A DNA stretch of 30,680 bases, from positions 1 to 30,680 of the forward strand of contig JAIRNU010000078.1 of NCBI GenBank assembly GCA_031257945.1, written 5' to 3'. The position numbers and the translations under genes were made by a program. This stretch comes from Holosporales bacterium. GTDB lineage: Bacteria; Pseudomonadota; Alphaproteobacteria; BNTO01. Below, piece after piece: positions 28,422 to 30,680 of this stretch (position 1 is the stretch's first letter; each line of letters begins with the position of its first letter). The notes under the pieces are model-generated. The model made no database searches, was not told the DNA's origin, and worked only from the letters and a program-made list of their open reading frames with translations.

Positions 28422-29423
28422 ATGAAAAGGGTGCTGGCGAGTTTACTATTTGTCAACATACTAGCAAGTAACGCGTTTTCAGCGGATGCGCGGCTGGATG
28501 AAAGACCAGCTGAAACGGATTTATTTACGGTAAAAAATACTGCAATTGCTCTGGTTTGTGGGGGGATCACATTTGTCCTTACAACGGTAGGCCAACATGT
28601 AGCAAAGCGATTTTGTTGGAACGTGCCAGGGATTCTCCAAGGCTGGGGGTTCCCCGTAACTCTCGGGGGGGCTAGCTTTTTGGCCTCTTGGATTTACCAC
28701 TACAATAAACGGACAGAATACGTCGTTATCCCCAGAAACGTACGAATCCTTCCCTCTTTTGCAAGGGATCTCAGAGTTCGAACAGTTGAATTTGAAGAAG
28801 GGAGTCGTGTAACAGAGATTCCTTTCGGCTGTTTTGAAGGCTGTTCTTCATTAACAAGTATTACACTTCCAGACGGGATAATCAGAATTCCTAAGAGTTG
28901 TTTTGAAAGCTGTTCTTCGTTAACAAGAGTTACTACTTTAGGTGGTATTGAAGAGATCGGTAGTTGCGCTTTTTATTTGTGTGAAGCTTTAACGTCAATA
29001 AGATTAAGGCAGGTCAAAACAATTGCGGAAAGAGCCTTTCACTTTTGTTTCTCACTTAAAGAAGTATATATTGATGGTCAGGACTGTCGCATTGAAACTC
29101 ATGCATTTGCTAATACTATTTTGAATCGTGCAATTTTTGCTGGAGTCCAAACTATCGATGCCGGAGCTTTCTTCTCAAGTAAGGCCTATATAGATCTGAC
29201 CGAATGTAGCCTGGATATTGGCAACAACGTATCTGCGTTCTTAAGCGGGATTTTTCGAGGCTACAATAACGTTTTCATAGCACACAGCAGTATAGGAAGT
29301 GTTGTTGTTCTTTCTGAAGGCACGTATCGCTTGACTGGGATAGTGGGCGGAGACGGAGTATGGGAAGAGGTCGCAGCGGACGAAGCCAGGAGGCTTTTCC
29401 ATCGACTAAGACACAAAAATTAA
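28422..29423 (+). CDS. BspA-type (TpLRR/LRR_5) leucine-rich-repeat protein with signal peptide and hydrophobic hairpin
   Basis: Repeats IPFGCFEGCSSLTSITLP, IPKSCFESCSSLTRV, IGSCAFYLCEALTSI, IAERAFHFCFSLKEV; signal-like MKRVLASLLFVNILASNAFS; GAGGTG RBS at 28412-28417. Confidence 0.9.
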   Translation: MKRVLASLLFVNILASNAFSADARLDERPAETDLFTVKNTAIALVCGGITFVLTTVGQHVAKRFCWNVPGILQGWGFPVTLGGASFLASWIYHYNKRTEYVVIPRNVRILPSFARDLRVRTVEFEEGSRVTEIPFGCFEGCSSLTSITLPDGIIRIPKSCFESCSSLTRVTTLGGIEEIGSCAFYLCEALTSIRLRQVKTIAERAFHFCFSLKEVYIDGQDCRIETHAFANTILNRAIFAGVQTIDAGAFFSSKAYIDLTECSLDIGNNVSAFLSGIFRGYNNVFIAHSSIGSVVVLSEGTYRLTGIVGGDGVWEEVAADEARRLFHRLRHKN

Positions 29424-29485
29424 GAAACCGCTTTGGCATTATTTCCGTAGCGGACAGGCACTTGGTAGCAATACTTATGCTTGTG

Positions 29486-29494
29486 TGCTATAAT
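29486..29494 (+). promoter_or_regulatory. Extended -10 promoter for the alpha/beta hydrolase
   Basis: Perfect TGcTATAAT about 25-35 nt upstream of the likely start; weak -35. Confidence 0.5.
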
Positions 29495-29519
29495 CAAATT
29501 AAGGATTATTGTATGTTGT

Positions 29520-30188
29520 ATGAGGGTGGTGGTGGATATTTTCATAAAAGGACCAGAGGGAAGGATTGAGGCACGGTACCTTCCTCCGCGCGTTCCGTGC
29601 TTACCTGTGGTAGCGATTTTGCATCCGCATTCGCTTAAGGGTGGGCGCATGGACAATGAGGTCGTGCAGGCGATGAGCCGGTCTTTCCATGAGCAAGGCT
29701 TTGGAACATTGCGCTTTAATTTTAGAGGCGTGGGAAAATCGGAGGGAACGTTCAGCGGCGGCGAAGGCGAGCTTAATGACGCGGCGGCTGCCCTGGATTG
29801 GTTACAATCGTCGCAGCACATCGCGCACAAACTATGGGTTGCGGGTTTTTCTTTTGGTGCTTGGATTGCGATGCAGCTGCTAATGCGCCGCCCGGAGCTA
29901 GAGAGTTTTGTTATTGTTAACCCGCAGGCACACATATTTGATTTCAACTTTTTGGCGCCTTGCCCGGTACCTGGTCAAATCATATATGGGCAAAGTGACA
30001 AAACTATCCCGCTGGAATCGGTTAACGCGTTGGTCGCGAAGTTGCGTGCTCAGAGAGGATTGTACATAGATTACCAGATTGTGGATGATGCGAACCATTC
30101 ATTTGAAGGGAAATTGCAGGAACTGAATCTGTGCATTCAAGAATACATAAAACGGAGTATCAATACGAAAGAACAAATGGCTAGCTAA
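29520..30188 (+). CDS. Conserved alphaproteobacterial alpha/beta hydrolase
   Basis: GPEGRIEARY, ILHPH..GG.MDN, LRFNFRGVGKSEG, nucleophile AGFSFG, putative Asp (GQSDK) and His (ANHSF). The real start is probably ATG 29520 or GTG 29529/29532, not TTG 29481. Confidence 0.92.
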   Translation: MRVVVDIFIKGPEGRIEARYLPPRVPCLPVVAILHPHSLKGGRMDNEVVQAMSRSFHEQGFGTLRFNFRGVGKSEGTFSGGEGELNDAAAALDWLQSSQHIAHKLWVAGFSFGAWIAMQLLMRRPELESFVIVNPQAHIFDFNFLAPCPVPGQIIYGQSDKTIPLESVNALVAKLRAQRGLYIDYQIVDDANHSFEGKLQELNLCIQEYIKRSINTKEQMAS

Positions 30189-30264
30189 GGAATGGGTGAG
30201 GGCAGGGTGCGTGAACTAAGACTGCGAGGAGGTAAAACTTACAGTCTACTTAATGTGTGAGCAA

Positions 30265-30410
30265 TAGACCTGTTGCGAAAGCTTCGTTCTTTCGGTAATT
30301 TTAGCGTCGCTCCGATGCTCGAATCCTCACGTACGTTAAGTACGCTGCGGTTCTGCGCTTCGTGGGCTCCTAAAAATTCCTCGAAATTACTCACTTTTGC
30401 AACAGGTCTA
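30265..30410. repeat. RPE1-like palindromic element, full-length copy (146 bp)
   Basis: Differs from 2363-2508 at 5 positions by my alignment; TA at both ends; open frame on both strands. Confidence 0.92.
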
Positions 30411-30482
30411 TTATCTGTAATTCGCGGCCTGTTTTCTCACCACGCGACGAAACCCGCGCCATGCCTTAACTTTTATACCGCA

Positions 30483-30502
30483 GGGGGAGAGAAATCTCCC
30501 TC
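30483..30502. other. GC-rich hairpin with GAAA tetraloop (possible terminator or RNA element)
   Basis: GGGAGA-GAAA-TCTCCC (30485-30500), extendable to 8 bp; no immediate U-tract. Confidence 0.35.
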
Positions 30503-30680
30503 CCTCCTAGCTTTTAAAAACATGGACAGATATTACTAGACAACACACTGCTACGTTGTGATATTGTCCAAGATCAAACACATATGAGAAAAAATATGTA
30601 GTGAAAAAAGCCTGAAAAGCCCGAAATAAAAAATACAGTATTCACAAAAAGCAAAAAGGCCTCCAGAATGAAGTTAGAAA

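Noticed and set aside
30574-30678. Hydrophobic minus-strand frame entering from the right edge (SNFILEAFLLFVNTVFFISGFSGFFHYIFFLICV*)
   Set aside because: Only 34 codons of T-rich sequence are visible, which cannot be told apart from AT-rich intergenic DNA.
1-30680. CRISPR array, tRNA, rRNA, tmRNA, RNase P or SRP RNA
   Set aside because: No regularly spaced repeat-spacer array and none of the diagnostic motifs were seen; the repeats present are dispersed palindromic elements.

Overview
Window from an alphaproteobacterial genome that looks like a host-associated Holosporales/Rickettsiales-type endosymbiont. This is an inference from the alphaproteobacterial-style RF2, FtsQ, L25, L36 and alpha/beta hydrolase, the scattered housekeeping genes, the RPE1-like repeats and the eukaryote-like proteins. 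Housekeeping genes: fabD, prfB, ftsQ, rplY, rpmJ (41 aa, absent from the ORF track), a conserved alpha/beta hydrolase and a probable 6S RNA. About 63% of the window is one 6457-aa helical protein with a cryptic cysteine-anchored repeat of about 190-245 aa. It is transcribed divergently from two tandem, diverged Hcp (T6SS tube)-like genes. Other highlights: a degenerate Rab/Ras-like protein with a signal-peptide-like N-terminus and a C-terminal Cys-Cys motif; a prfB with no canonical frameshift but an in-frame UGA four codons after the nearest ATG; a BspA-type LRR protein; an ISAs1 remnant; and five copies (four near-complete, one degenerate) of a 146-bp palindromic RPE1-like miniature element. 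All family assignments come from motif comparison by eye; no searches were run.
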